Source: Schmidtea polychroa (Eukaryota). From it: a DNA stretch of 64,000 nucleotides. Shown here one piece after another: positions 44,774-56,511 of this stretch. A program made the translations under genes and the position numbers. The notes under the pieces are model-generated. The model saw nothing but the letters and a program-made list of their open reading frames with translations. It had not been told where the DNA came from and ran no database searches. The first letter of the stretch is position 1; each line of letters starts with the position of its first letter. The stretch covers positions 50,718,001-50,782,000 of the forward strand of contig CM097885.1 in NCBI GenBank assembly GCA_044892525.1, read 5' to 3'.

Positions 44774-44881
44774 AATTAAATCATTTATGAAATTTTACTC
44801 TTTATATACAATTTTAGCAAGAGTTCATTAAAATCATCTAATATAAACAATAACTAGATATTTTAAAATTAAAAATAAAAA

Positions 44882-45505
44882 ATGCAATTAAGAAATGATG
44901 CAGTATACCAAATCGTTGGGCCGAGTGGTAGCGGGAAAACATTGTTTGTTTGTAAATTATTACAATCAAAATTATTCAAGTCAAAATTTAATAAAATTTA
45001 TTGGCATAGGGGAACTGATGATGAAAGCGGAATGACACAAGATCAGTTTTGTAAAATCAAAATGACAATCATAAAAGGGTTCGATAAAAACTGGTCATCT
45101 AGATTACGACAGGGTGATGTGATTATTATTGATGATTTATATCAAGAAGCAAATAAAGAAAAGGATTTTAATAGTTTGTTTACAAAAATTAGTAGACATA
45201 AAGGTGTCACTGTAATTTTTATCACTCAAAATCTTTTTCATCAAGGTGGATCTCATCGAACTCATAATTTGAATGTTCAATATTTAGTTGTTTTCGAAAA
45301 TCCGAGAGATGCTACAGTGATAGACTTTCTTGCAAGGCAAGCATATCCAAATAATCGAAATTTTTTAATGAATGCATTTGCCGATGCAACAAAATCCCCA
45401 AATGGATATATTTTTCCAGATTTTACACAACTGTGTCCTGATGAATTACGAGTAAGAACAGATATATTTAACAAGGAAGGAGCTATAGTATATAAACAAA
45501 GATAA
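44882..45505 (+). CDS. Genome-packaging ATPase (A32/FtsK-HerA type)
   Basis: Walker A GPSGSGKT, Walker B IIIDD, SRH arginine finger, ITQN. Confidence 0.92.
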   Translation: MQLRNDAVYQIVGPSGSGKTLFVCKLLQSKLFKSKFNKIYWHRGTDDESGMTQDQFCKIKMTIIKGFDKNWSSRLRQGDVIIIDDLYQEANKEKDFNSLFTKISRHKGVTVIFITQNLFHQGGSHRTHNLNVQYLVVFENPRDATVIDFLARQAYPNNRNFLMNAFADATKSPNGYIFPDFTQLCPDELRVRTDIFNKEGAIVYKQR

Positions 45506-45526
45506 AACCAAAATAAATTATCAATC

Positions 45527-46039
45527 ATGTTACTAAAAACTCGTGTAAAGACAAAACCTACAAGAAGGAAACCTGCAAATGTGGTTAAGATTCCACCAAA
45601 AACTAGTTTCACACCATCGAAAAAATTGCTTATTGATAATATTCCGCCGAGTAATCGTATTCAACCGAGTAATCATATTCCGCCGAGTAATTCTCATCGT
45701 AGTTTTCCGTTTTTCATTGCATTACTTAAGGCTCCCAGTATGAGAAGAATGAATATTTTACAGTCTTTTCCAAACTATGTTATTGATGATTTACTTGCTA
45801 TTTTAATTAAAGTTGTTAAAGGTAAATTCCGTATAAGTACATCAAATAAAAAGATTTTGAACAGACACAAGAAACCATTATTATCATTAGTAAATACTAA
45901 AAATAAAAAACGTATGCGTAAAATCATATATAAACAACAAGGAGGCTTCATTGCAGCCTTGATACCAATAGCATTATCTTTATTGGGAGGTGCAGGTTTA
46001 TTAAAATCATCATCATTACCAATCATTACCAAATCTTAA
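45527..46039 (+). CDS. Basic virion core/membrane-active protein of Polinton
   Basis: Lys/Arg-rich; ends QQGG|FIAALIPIALSLLGG, an adenain-type site followed by a hydrophobic helix. Confidence 0.7.
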   Translation: MLLKTRVKTKPTRRKPANVVKIPPKTSFTPSKKLLIDNIPPSNRIQPSNHIPPSNSHRSFPFFIALLKAPSMRRMNILQSFPNYVIDDLLAILIKVVKGKFRISTSNKKILNRHKKPLLSLVNTKNKKRMRKIIYKQQGGFIAALIPIALSLLGGAGLLKSSSLPIITKS

Positions 46040-46065
46040 TTTGAATTTTAAATCTTCCTGTTGTA

Positions 46066-46453
46066 ATGGAGAAGATTTGGACGAACCCAGAAGACGAAGC
46101 CGGTTTCGTTGGAGTGGCAAAATTAAAGAAAAGAGTTCCGAATTCGATAAAAGAAACCTAGAAGTGGTTATCAAATCAACTCGCGTACAGTTTGAACAAA
46201 CCATTGCAGAAAGGATTTCCAACAAGAGCGTATAAAACATATGGAATAAATGATTCGTGGCAAATGGATTTGATGGAGATGATACCCTATTCAAAAATTA
46301 ACAAGGGGTATAAATATATTTTAACGTGTATTGATGTATTCAGTTGGTTTGCCCGAGCAATACCAGTCAAGACAAAATCTGCAGATGAAATGTCCAAAGC
46401 TATTAATATTTTATTTAAAAATGGACATCCTAATAATTTACAAACGGATTTAG

Positions 46454-46488
<35 letters not shown>

Positions 46489-47118
46489 TTAGGTAAAGAA
46501 TTCTACAACAGTAAAGTTAAGCAAATCCTCGATAAACTGAAAATAAATCACTACTCGGTACATTCTCAATACAAAGCTGCTCATGTTGAAAGATTTAACA
46601 GAACCTTGAGAGATAGATTAAAGAAATTGTTCGTGTATCAAGGTAATAAAAAATGGGTATTGGTTTTACCAAAAATTATAACCAGTTATAATAATTCATC
46701 ACATCGAGGACTTAATGGATTGAGACCGGTTGATATCACATCAAAAACATTCTATTCTAAAAAATCTGAAAAAAATACAAAACCGAAATATAAAGTTGGT
46801 GACCATTTTAGAATTAGTAAAATTAGTGCATCACCATTTATTAAAATTTTCGATACAAATTGGAGTGAAGAAGTCTTTGTAATTTCGAAAATAAATACTA
46901 GCCAGAACCCTGTGATGTATGTCATCAGAGATTCTGAAAAAAACATTGTACAAGGGAAATTTTATGAGCAAGAATTACAAGTCATTCATCCCCCAAAAGT
47001 ATTTAGAATTCAAAAAATATTGAAAACTAAAATGGTGGGTAAGGATAAACAATACTATGTCAAATGGCATGGATATAAAAACCCATCGTGGATATCGTCT
47101 CGAGACCTCGTAAAATGA
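46066..47118 (+). pseudogene. Retroviral-like (rve) integrase with C-terminal chromodomain; premature TAG at 46159; 39-bp intron at 46454-46492
   Basis: WQMDL, QTDLG|KEF and VERFNRT give the D-D-E triad. YYVKWHGY marks the chromodomain. The in-frame N-terminus is MEKIWTNPEDEAGFVGV. Confidence 0.9.
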
Positions 47119-48089
47119 ATTTTTACATTATTTTGCCAAGTAATAGTTGTCCGAATATACATCCAGAAAACACTGTCAGTAAATTTATGGTCAATCTCCA
47201 AAATCCGATTTATTTAAATGGTAATTGGGAAGTTGCTCTCCTTGACTTTACATTTGTGTACAATCTCTTTCCAATTTATAGTAAAGCTAAAATTGAATAT
47301 AAAAAGAAAGAGACGCAAAGAAATATCTTTTTTGTCATTGATAATGTAGAAGATCGAATTGATATTGGTCCTTCCGATTCAATTGTCAAAATGTATATTG
47401 ATCGTCAATATTTAATAGTTGAATGTAAATATCATCCCTTTACTATAAAATTTGATAGTTTAGCAATGGCAAAACGATTGGAATTAACAAGTCAGAGTAA
47501 TAGAAATCATACTAATATATTCCAAGTACTACGGCCGAGATTTACCAAAGTAGCAGCGCGATATAAAACAATGTCATTGAAAGTTGAGTTTGAGGGTGAA
47601 ACTGAAAATACATATACGTTGAATGAGAATTTATACATTTCTAAATTGGAGGAATTACAATCATATTTAATTCAAAATTGTGGATCAATATTTAAATCAT
47701 TGGAATTAGTAGACAATACTCTGTTCAAATTCAGTTTGAATACTGATATTACTGAAATTACTTTTGATAAAAATCTAATAAAAACATTAGGATTACCAAA
47801 AGGAACATATATTCAAGATGGAAAATTAAATGTAGGTATGAATAAACCGAAAATAATTAAACTTTATCATCAAATGTTTCTCTATACTAATATTATTGAA
47901 CCCATAATTGTTGGTGATTCCGCTGTTCCTCTATTGAAATCTATTTGGGTTGAGAAACATGAACAAGATGATGTTGTACAAATCAATGTAGAAAATCCCA
48001 TGTATTTGTCTGTTTCAACATCCTGTATAAACAATATAGAAATAAATATTAGAGATGATTCTGGTCAATTTGACACTGCATTTTCGTAA
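47115..48089 (+). CDS. Minor capsid protein (penton); C-terminus frameshifted
   Basis: MNFYIILPSNS...ENT.SKF...IYLNGNWEVAL; YTNIIEP.IVGD...PLL; IEINIRDDSG. The expected LTLHFRK ending lies in another frame at about 48071-48091. Confidence 0.85.
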   Translation: MNFYIILPSNSCPNIHPENTVSKFMVNLQNPIYLNGNWEVALLDFTFVYNLFPIYSKAKIEYKKKETQRNIFFVIDNVEDRIDIGPSDSIVKMYIDRQYLIVECKYHPFTIKFDSLAMAKRLELTSQSNRNHTNIFQVLRPRFTKVAARYKTMSLKVEFEGETENTYTLNENLYISKLEELQSYLIQNCGSIFKSLELVDNTLFKFSLNTDITEITFDKNLIKTLGLPKGTYIQDGKLNVGMNKPKIIKLYHQMFLYTNIIEPIIVGDSAVPLLKSIWVEKHEQDDVVQINVENPMYLSVSTSCINNIEINIRDDSGQFDTAFS

Positions 48090-48094
48090 AGTAG

Positions 48095-48484
48095 ATGGCT
48101 AATTCTGATATTATTAGTATGTATAGTGGTAGCCAAAGTGGTGGCGAATTACCATATTTTGTTGGTAAACAGTACGGAAGTGGGTGGTTGAGAACAATTG
48201 GTAGATTTGCGTTACCAATTCTTAAACGTATTGGTAATTTCGGTATGAAAACTGCAAAAGATGTAATTATGAATGACAAGAAAATATTACCATCGTTGAA
48301 ATCAAATGCAATTGCTGAAATAAGTAAAGTAATACCTGGTATGTTTAAAACTGAACCAGCACCGGTACCAGTAAAACGTAAATTTGAAAGTGGAATTAAA
48401 ACAAGTATGGGAACTAAACGCAAGAGAGGGAGAAGGCATATAAACAAACGAATGAAAGGACACGGAACCATATTTGAAGAATGA
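48095..48484 (+). CDS. Basic core/cement-like Polinton protein
   Basis: QSGG and QYGSGW motifs, an amphipathic helix (LRTIGRFALPILKRIG) and a KRKRGRR tail. Confidence 0.7.
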   Translation: MANSDIISMYSGSQSGGELPYFVGKQYGSGWLRTIGRFALPILKRIGNFGMKTAKDVIMNDKKILPSLKSNAIAEISKVIPGMFKTEPAPVPVKRKFESGIKTSMGTKRKRGRRHINKRMKGHGTIFEE

Positions 48485-49707
48485 TTTGCGGTAAATCTGA
48501 ATTATGTATATTTGATCGACCATCGCCTCAGGCGGTTATCGAATATGGAGCATTTGAAGATGTATTTCCAATGAATTCTATTACCGATAGTAGAAATGAT
48601 GTGGAATTTTACATTAATGGTTCTCAAACAGAATATTTAGATTTGAACGATACTTTGTTTTATGTTCAAATAAAAGTTGTAGATAAAGACAATAAAGCAT
48701 TAGCTGCAGATGATACAACTGAACCTAATAATTTCTTCTTTCATACTCTCTTTAAAGATGTTATTCTTGGATTTAATAACATTAAAATTGAGGGTGGAAA
48801 CAATACATATGCTCACAAGGCAATTATCGAAACTATTTTAAATTATAATAATGATACTAAAGATACTTGTCTAACTCCAATGGGTTATGGTGTATCTGAT
48901 GATCGAAAAAAGTGGATTAAAGGCTCAAAAACTTTCAACATGTGTTCATCTCTACAATTGGATTTCATGGATCAACCCAAATATTTACTACCAGGTGTTA
49001 ATGTACATATGAGATTGAAAAGATCTGATTCTGCATTGTCATTATCAACTGGAGTTGCAGGTGCAGCACCTAAATTAATATTACTTGATGCCAAATTAAT
49101 GGTTCGAAGAGTTCGATGTGAATCGTCTGTATTAGCAGGACATCAAATTGGATTAAATACCAAACATGCAATTTATCCGATAAAAACAAAAGAAATTGTA
49201 TCATTTGCAATTGCTAAAGGAGCATCATCTTTTTACAAGGAGCAAATATTTGGAGATCGAAGAATACCTAATTTTATCCCTGTAACTTTTCAAAGTGAAG
49301 CTCAATATAACGGATCTTATGATACATCTTCATCAAAATTCAAACACTTTAGTGTAACTTCTCTTTCATTATCGAAAAATACTGATTATCGAGAAACTTA
49401 TACTCAAGATTTTGATAATGATAATTATTATACTTCATATATGCAAAGTCTTGTCAGAAATTTAGGATATTTGGATAAAAATCTTAATTGTGGTATAAGT
49501 CTGGAAGAATTCAAAACATTCTATCCATTTTTCACATTTGTTCTGGCTCCAGATTTTGATTTAAATCAAAGTCAATTACCTCAAAGTGGCAATTTGAGAT
49601 TGGATATTAAGTTCGGTAAAGCAACTACTGAACCAGTCCATGTAATAATCTATGGGGTTTTTGAAAATGAAATCCAAATTACTGCAAATCGAACTGTACT
49701 AGTATAA
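48481..49707 (+). CDS. Major capsid protein (double jelly-roll, PY)
   Basis: KSELCIFD..SPQ N-terminus, YLDLNDT, QPKYLLPGV, GNLRLDIKF, ENEIQIT..RTV; intact 408 aa. Confidence 0.92.
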   Translation: MICGKSELCIFDRPSPQAVIEYGAFEDVFPMNSITDSRNDVEFYINGSQTEYLDLNDTLFYVQIKVVDKDNKALAADDTTEPNNFFFHTLFKDVILGFNNIKIEGGNNTYAHKAIIETILNYNNDTKDTCLTPMGYGVSDDRKKWIKGSKTFNMCSSLQLDFMDQPKYLLPGVNVHMRLKRSDSALSLSTGVAGAAPKLILLDAKLMVRRVRCESSVLAGHQIGLNTKHAIYPIKTKEIVSFAIAKGASSFYKEQIFGDRRIPNFIPVTFQSEAQYNGSYDTSSSKFKHFSVTSLSLSKNTDYRETYTQDFDNDNYYTSYMQSLVRNLGYLDKNLNCGISLEEFKTFYPFFTFVLAPDFDLNQSQLPQSGNLRLDIKFGKATTEPVHVIIYGVFENEIQITANRTVLV

Positions 49708-49737
49708 ATGAAGAAATTTAAAAGATTAAAGTTTTTT

Positions 49738-50122
49738 ATGGAGTAAGATTTTTATTTTATAATTTAACTTATTGATTAGTTCTATTCAGGTGTCTCGAAT
49801 TGGTACTCAATTATTGGGAAACCAATTTCTTGGAGTTTATCCACTGGATAAAATTCCATATTTGAGAAATAATCAAGCCATAATCGTCAATACTCATACA
49901 TCTAGTTTAGGAGGTGAACATTGGATTGCTGTATATGTGAAACCAAACCGAGTATATGCATTCGATCCCTTTGGATATTATTACCCAAATTTATTAATTA
50001 GTAAATTGCAAACTATTGGTAAACCTATTGTATATAATCGAACTCGGTATCAAAATCCATTTTCAATTACTTGTGGCCAACATTGCCTTGCATGGTTGTT
50101 ATCAATGTATAATTTTGTTTAA
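49738..50122 (+). CDS. Adenain-like cysteine maturation protease, two exons (49738-49742 and 49780-50122)
   Basis: IVNT...GEHW, FDPFG and YQ...CGQHC catalytic motifs. ATG GA|gtaaga...ttag|T gives MDSIQVSR across a 37-bp intron that is also conserved in the right-arm copy. Confidence 0.88.
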
Positions 50123-50186
50123 TAAATGTATTAAATGTCACAAGTTTATTATTATTATAATTATTATAATAATTATTATTATTATA

Positions 50187-50231
<45 letters not shown>

Positions 50232-50632
50232 TAATTTTATTATTCATATCAACAAATGTCATGCACTTGTATTGCATGTCTTTATGTGAGTAACAAAGAC
50301 ATTATTTGTTACTATGTGAGTCATCGATGACTCATTCTTTTTTAAACAAAGACATGAATATGTGTGCGTTAATTTTTTCTATCCTATCTGCATTTTGATT
50401 GGATGAACGTTACATATATAATCTATGTTTTTGTAATTCTTTTTCATTTATTCAAAATGCAAAATATTTCAAATGAAATCAAGGAAATGATTCGAAGAAA
50501 TCGTATGGGTAATTTTTTAATAATATGTTTCTATTTTTATTTATATTTTAGTCTACATTAATGAAAATAATGTTTCGGGAACTTATAATTTTTCAGCAAG
50601 TAATGGAATTGAAAATAATGTAGAAACCTGGT

Positions 50633-50869
50633 CAAAATGCCAATGTCGAAAGAATATTTTCAATGATCAGCGGACAATGGACTAAGGAAAGAAATAAATT
50701 GAAAATTTCAACTGTTCAAGGTATTTTGAGCGTCGTGTATAATTATAAAGATATTACATGCACTGAATTTTATCAAGAAATCAAAGAAAATGGAAATCTT
50801 TTAAACCAAATTAGCAGTGTAGATAAATATAATGAAAAAGATGCTGAAGAAGAGGATGAAGATGATTAA
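50633..50869 (+). mobile_element. hAT transposase C-terminal dimerisation-domain fragment
   Basis: NANVERIFSMISGQWTKERNKL motif. Confidence 0.7.
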
Positions 50870-51211
50870 ATTATATTGACTTATTTTTTTATTTGCAAAT
50901 GAATTGGGAGTGCAATTTGTTTTAGTATATATTACAATTTAAAAAAAAATTAATATGAATAAAATAATTTTTATAATGTTCTCTTTTTTTATGATTAACA
51001 CTTGACAACCCTATTTATATGTATTTTTATTTTAAATTATTATTATTATGCCTGTTTTATTATTTAAAAAAAATTTATTCGCAGTCTAGTTTCCGAAAAC
51101 CTTTCTATTCTTTAGAGATTTTTCAGTTGAAAGAGAAGTATTTTTTTATGTTAATAAATGTTTAAATTTTGTTACTACCGTTATATTTTGTTTGTCGATT
51201 CTACACACAAA

Positions 51212-51803
51212 CACCCCAACTGTCCCGAGACAGTTTATTTACTGGTGACTAGGCTGGGTACTACAATCCTGGGTACTAAAAAAAGTCTAAGAAAAGACAT
51301 AACCGAGTTACAAAGAAGAGAATCCAGGAAAACGCAATATTATGAAAACAGGCTAAATTATCCCAGACAAAATACCAGATCTGGCCGCCGAAGCAGCTTT
51401 GACAGAAACAAAACATAGAATAACCCTAATAAATGCACAAACCAAAACTATTGTTACTACTACAATAAATTTGAAAATAAAGCATGTAAATGCAACAAAC
51501 CCTGCTCCTTCGACAAAGAAGAGTCGGGAAACATATAAAGTCACCAATGATACCACCGACAATTGGTGACATCCAAACTTTCACGGTACATAGCAATGGC
51601 CTTAACTTTCTAGTTGATTCAGGTTTAAATAATTTCATTGTTACCGAAAATCGACCTAAATAAAAACTAAGCTAAAATTTAACTATTATTATTATTGTTG
51701 TGTTTTGTATTATATTTATATTTGTAGATGCGTGTATGTTAAAGAAATCTGAAGAGCCCAGTCGAGTCACCAGTAAATAAACTGTCTCGGGACAGCTGGG
51801 GTG
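51212..51803. repeat. 47-bp inverted repeat pair; the same motif occurs at about 35870-35915 and 59244-59290
   Basis: caccccaactgtcccgagacagtttatttactggtgactaggctggg at 51212-51258 and its near reverse complement at 51757-51803. Confidence 0.8.
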
Positions 51804-51884
51804 AATGTGTGTAATGTGAAATACAGACGATTTAAAAACAATGATAAAAAATATAACAAACAAATAACTTAATTTACAACTTTT

Positions 51885-52488
51885 ATTTAACTGTTTAAAT
51901 GTCGAAAGGAACATGTTGGCTCTGATAAACTCGCTCTGGTATTGAGCATCATATTCTTTCGAAGCATCAGCTCTAAAGCTTTTGACTTGATTCCTCATAT
52001 AGTAATAACTCATGTTCGGGGATAACGGCAGGCATAAAGACCGATTTATAGAGATTCGTTTCCAAATTTCCATGCGTCTGTTCCAGTTTTATTGTTCGAA
52101 TATATAGAAATTCATATTTGGATAATGGATCAACTATCCGCTTAAAGTCAATCATTTCTGAACCTTCAACTGATTTGAATTTATTAAACTTCATTTGATC
52201 AAGATTTAATTTCCATACGATTACATAGTCACATAAATCTACACTTACAAGGAATGAGTTAGTTTCGTTGATTAATTTCCTTATTGATTCTGAATGTCCA
52301 TATAATATATCACTCTGTTTGTTATCTTATAAACTCCATACAATCATAATATAATCCATTCGACCAGTGAATGTGACTCTCGATTTATTGTCACAAACTT
52401 CTGACAAAACAACCTTCGAATGACCACTCAAAACAAATTCATCATATTCATTATCCTTAGCCTTTTTAACATCCATATCATTTTCCAT
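51885..52488 (-). pseudogene. WD40-repeat gene fragment with stop and frameshift
   Basis: LSGHSKVV...IMIVWSL* and LYGHSESI...FLVS...VIVWKL are two GH...W repeats. Confidence 0.55.
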
Positions 52489-53256
52489 TTCGAAATTAAT
52501 TAAACGAATTTAAAAATTTTAATTTTTCAAAACTCACAAAAACTTACAAAATTCAAACAACTTGATATAAAATCCAAAGATATTATCACCACAAAATCCA
52601 AAGAAAAAAAACAGATCTCAAAAACTCGATCATTAAACTCGACAATTGTCCGCGTCTGTGTACGCACACAAATTAATCCAATGTCAAAGCAAAAAAACGC
52701 ACACAGACGCGAGACATAAACTCATAATTCGCCATAATCAAAAAATGAATCGTACTTCATGAAATAGAGACCGGATTGTATAAGATTTTCGGCTTTCGAA
52801 TTATCTTTTCCTCAGCTCGGTTATATACGAATAGGATATATATATTTGATTTTAGTATCTTTTTGATATAGATTCGATTAGAATAGTATTCCTCTATAAG
52901 AGGGAAACTTTATTTTCTTTTAGTTTTATAGCTTCTGATTTTTTGCTTACCAGTGGTTTGATTTTCTATTGTTTTGAAGTTCAGGAGAATGGAAAATTTC
53001 GGTAATTTAGTTTCTAATAAATTTGGTTTTGTTTTCGTTTTGATTCTTTGACCAATTTTACTTTTTTATTCTTGCTTTAATTTTTCCTTCGATTTTTTTT
53101 CGATTTTATTTTTCAATTTACTATAGCGATAATTTACTTGAAATAATTTTTTTAAATTTTCCTTCCCCGGCGCTACAGGGACGATAAAAAGTAAAAAACA
53201 CAAAACCTAATTAAAATATTGTTTACAATTATTACTTACAATTATTTACAGCAATC

Positions 53257-53350
<94 letters not shown>

Positions 53351-55796
53351 TTTATTATTTATTCAGGTTCTCAAAAAATTCAAAAAAATTCAATAGTAAA
53401 ATCTGTTTTTAAATATAATATTCTACGATTTCTAGATAAAAATAGTAATAATGTCATGATTTTAATCATAAAATAGTTCTTAAATAAATACATATCTTAA
53501 TGCTATATTAAATAATATGAAAAATAAATACTTTAAAAATCAATCAAATCATACATTTTTGCTTTCCATTAAATCTTTCATCAGAAATAATTTCATTATT
53601 TTTCGATTAATAAAATAATATAAATATTACCATCGATGTCAACATTCAACAGCTCGTTTGCGCAGCTGCATCATATCCATTTATAGTTAATATCGTTCCT
53701 GAATTATTTCATAACATAATTTTTATTTTTAAATTTTTACCATTTTAGTTGTTGGTTTCAATTTTCGGTGTCGATATATGAATATTCATATCTGCTAAAA
53801 TTAACATATTATAAATTAACATATTATAAAAAAAAGTTACCAATACGTTTTCTTTGTATCATTTTCTTGATATCCTTTGAAATATTTTACATGTTGTTGG
53901 ATAGTTTTTAAAAGTTTTATTTAAAAGTAATGAAAAAATGAAAACATAGATTATATATCACGTTTATTACAAACTTTATTCACGAGTCAATCAGAATCGA
54001 AGAATATTTACAACACACATACTACTAAGTATCATTTACACACTCACTGTGTAAAAATGTAAATCAACCACTCACCATGTGCATGAATAATGAGATATCT
54101 TTGTCGCTTAACAAAGACACTACGTGACTAGTTAACAAAGACAATACGTGACTAGTCATTGTAAATAATTTGCATGTTATTTGCAAATAATAATAATATT
54201 TATAAAATAATAATAATAAAATTAATTAAAATAAATTTAATACATTTATTGGATTTTTTTAATTAACACAACAAACGTCCCTTATAGACACACATAGTAT
54301 ATTCTCTATAATAATAATAAAAATATTAAAAATAATAATAGTAATAATAATAATAATAATTTAATAAATTTTCATTCATTAATAAAATAACATGACATTT
54401 TTACAATAAAATTTATTAAACTAAATTAATTATACATGTAACATTGATAACAACCATATAAGGCAATGTTGGCCACAACTAATTAAAAGTGGATGTTGAT
54501 AACTAGTTCGATTAATATACAATAGGTTTACCAATAGTTTCCAATTTACTAATTAATAAATTTGGGTAATAATATCTAAATGGATCGAATGCATATACTC
54601 GGTTTGGTTTATTGTAAACAGCAATCCAATGTTCACCTCCTAAACTAGATGTATGAATATTGACAATAATTGCTTGATTAACATCTAAATAAGGGATTTT
54701 ATCCAGTACTTGAGTACCAATTCGAGACACCTGAATAGAACTAATAAATAAATAAAATTATAAAATAAAAATCTTACTCCATAAAAAACTTTAATTATTA
54801 TTTTTCTTCATTTATACTAATACCGTTCGATTTGCAATAATTTGGATTTCATTTTCAAAAACTCCATAGATTATTACATGGACTGGTTCAGCAATTGCTT
54901 TTCCAAACTGAATGTCCAATCTTAAATTTCCACTTTGAGGTAATAGCTTTGATTTAAATCAAAAGCTGGAGCAAGAACAAATGTAAAAAATGGATAGAAT
55001 GATTTGAATTCTTTCAGACTTATACCACAATTAAGATTTTTATCCAAATATCATAAATTTCTAACAAGACTTTTCATATATGAAGTACAATAATTAGCAT
55101 TATCAAAATCTTCAGTAAAAGTTTCTTGATAATCAGTATATTTCGATAATGATAGAGAAGTTACACTAAAATGTTTGAATTTTGATCAATATATATCATA
55201 AAATCCGTTAGATTGAGCTTCACTTTGAAAAGTTACAAGGATGAAATTAGGCATTCTTCGATCTCCAAATATTTGCTCCTTGTAAAAAGATGATGCTCCT
55301 TTAGCAATTGCAAATGATACAATTTCTTTTGTCTTTATCGGATAAATTCCATGTTTGGTATTTAATCCAATTTGATGTCCAGCTAATACAGATGAATCAC
55401 ATCGAACTCTTCGAACCATTAATTTAGCATCGAGTAATATTAATTTAGGTGCTGCACTTGCAACTCCAGTTGATAATGACAATACAGAATCAGATCTTTT
55501 CAATCTCATATGTGCATTTACACCTGGTAGTAAATATTTGGGTTGATCCATAAAATGAACACACGTTGAAAGTTTTTGAACCTTTAATCAATAATATTAG
55601 TATAGATGAACATTTGATGATGAAGTTTAATTATTTTCAGTTTATTCATACCTACATTTAATTTTCAATCTTGACTAAATGTTCCTTTCGGTAATCCTAA
55701 TGTGTTTATTAGATTTTTATCAAAAGTAATTTCAGTAATATCAATATTCAAACTGAATTTGAACAAAGTATTGTCTACTAATTCCAATGATTTAAA

Positions 55797-56511
55797 CGCC
55801 AATCGGTTTGTGTTCTGAGCTTGTGTATCAATTTTCATGTAATGGGTGTAATGCCATATACATTGGAGAGACTGCCCGTCATCTCTGCACCCGAGTTCTT
55901 GAACACTGTCGACCAAAAGGATTGACTAATATTAGTAATCATGTTAGGAAATGTGGCAGTAAAAAAATAGGTATCTCTGATTTTAAAATTATTTCAAAAG
56001 GTTTAAGTAATTATTGGGAACGAGTAACTTGTGAGGCATTGTTGATTAGATATTTAAATCCAAAAATAAATGATCAAGTTGCCCGTTCCACGGAGATTTT
56101 GAATGTGTTTAAGTAATTGAAGGATGAAGGTTGGGAGTCTTGTTTGTGGTATAATTATGTTTGTGTTTTGTAAACTATGTAATTTTTTTAAATTTGTTAA
56201 TTTTATGTTGAATGTTAAATGTTAAAAATTAAAATTTAATTTTAAAATAATATGTATGTGGGTTATGAAATATGGTTTGGTTTTTTAAAATGTTTTTTTT
56301 TGAAATATTTTTTTAAAAATTTTTGATACAGTTTGGAGATGATTATTATTGGTTAATTGGTTTAGATATTGCATATTTTATGTCTTATTATTGATTATCC
56401 AGATTGCGGCCTGACGAAGATTGTTGTACAATTGAAATATATCCGTTTATGTTGAATTTATTGAGTTGGCGTTTCTGTATTATTAAATCATTGCCACGTT
56501 TTTTTGATTAT
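55797..56511 (+). mobile_element. 5'-truncated Penelope-like element (GIY-YIG ORF 55808-56116) with 9-bp TSD
   Basis: LVYQFSC..C.AIYIGET.RHL.TR..EH...EALLI....PKIN. TSD tgatttaaa at 55788-55796 and 56512-56520. Confidence 0.9.
56406..56446 (+). ncRNA. Penelope-associated minimal hammerhead ribozyme
   Basis: gcggc-CTGACGA-a-GATTG-ttgta-CAATT-GAAA-tat-ATC-cgt, with a palindromic stem III (ATATAT). Confidence 0.65.

Noticed and set aside
45277..48523. Antisense and alternative-frame ORFs (45277, 45775, 46016, 46041, 46752, 48049, 48302)
   Set aside because: They are shadows of well-supported Polinton genes.
53085..53185. TTCGA(T)n tract similar to 40211-40320 as the missing right TIR
   Set aside because: It is in the same orientation as the left tract, short and low-complexity, with no CTACT end.
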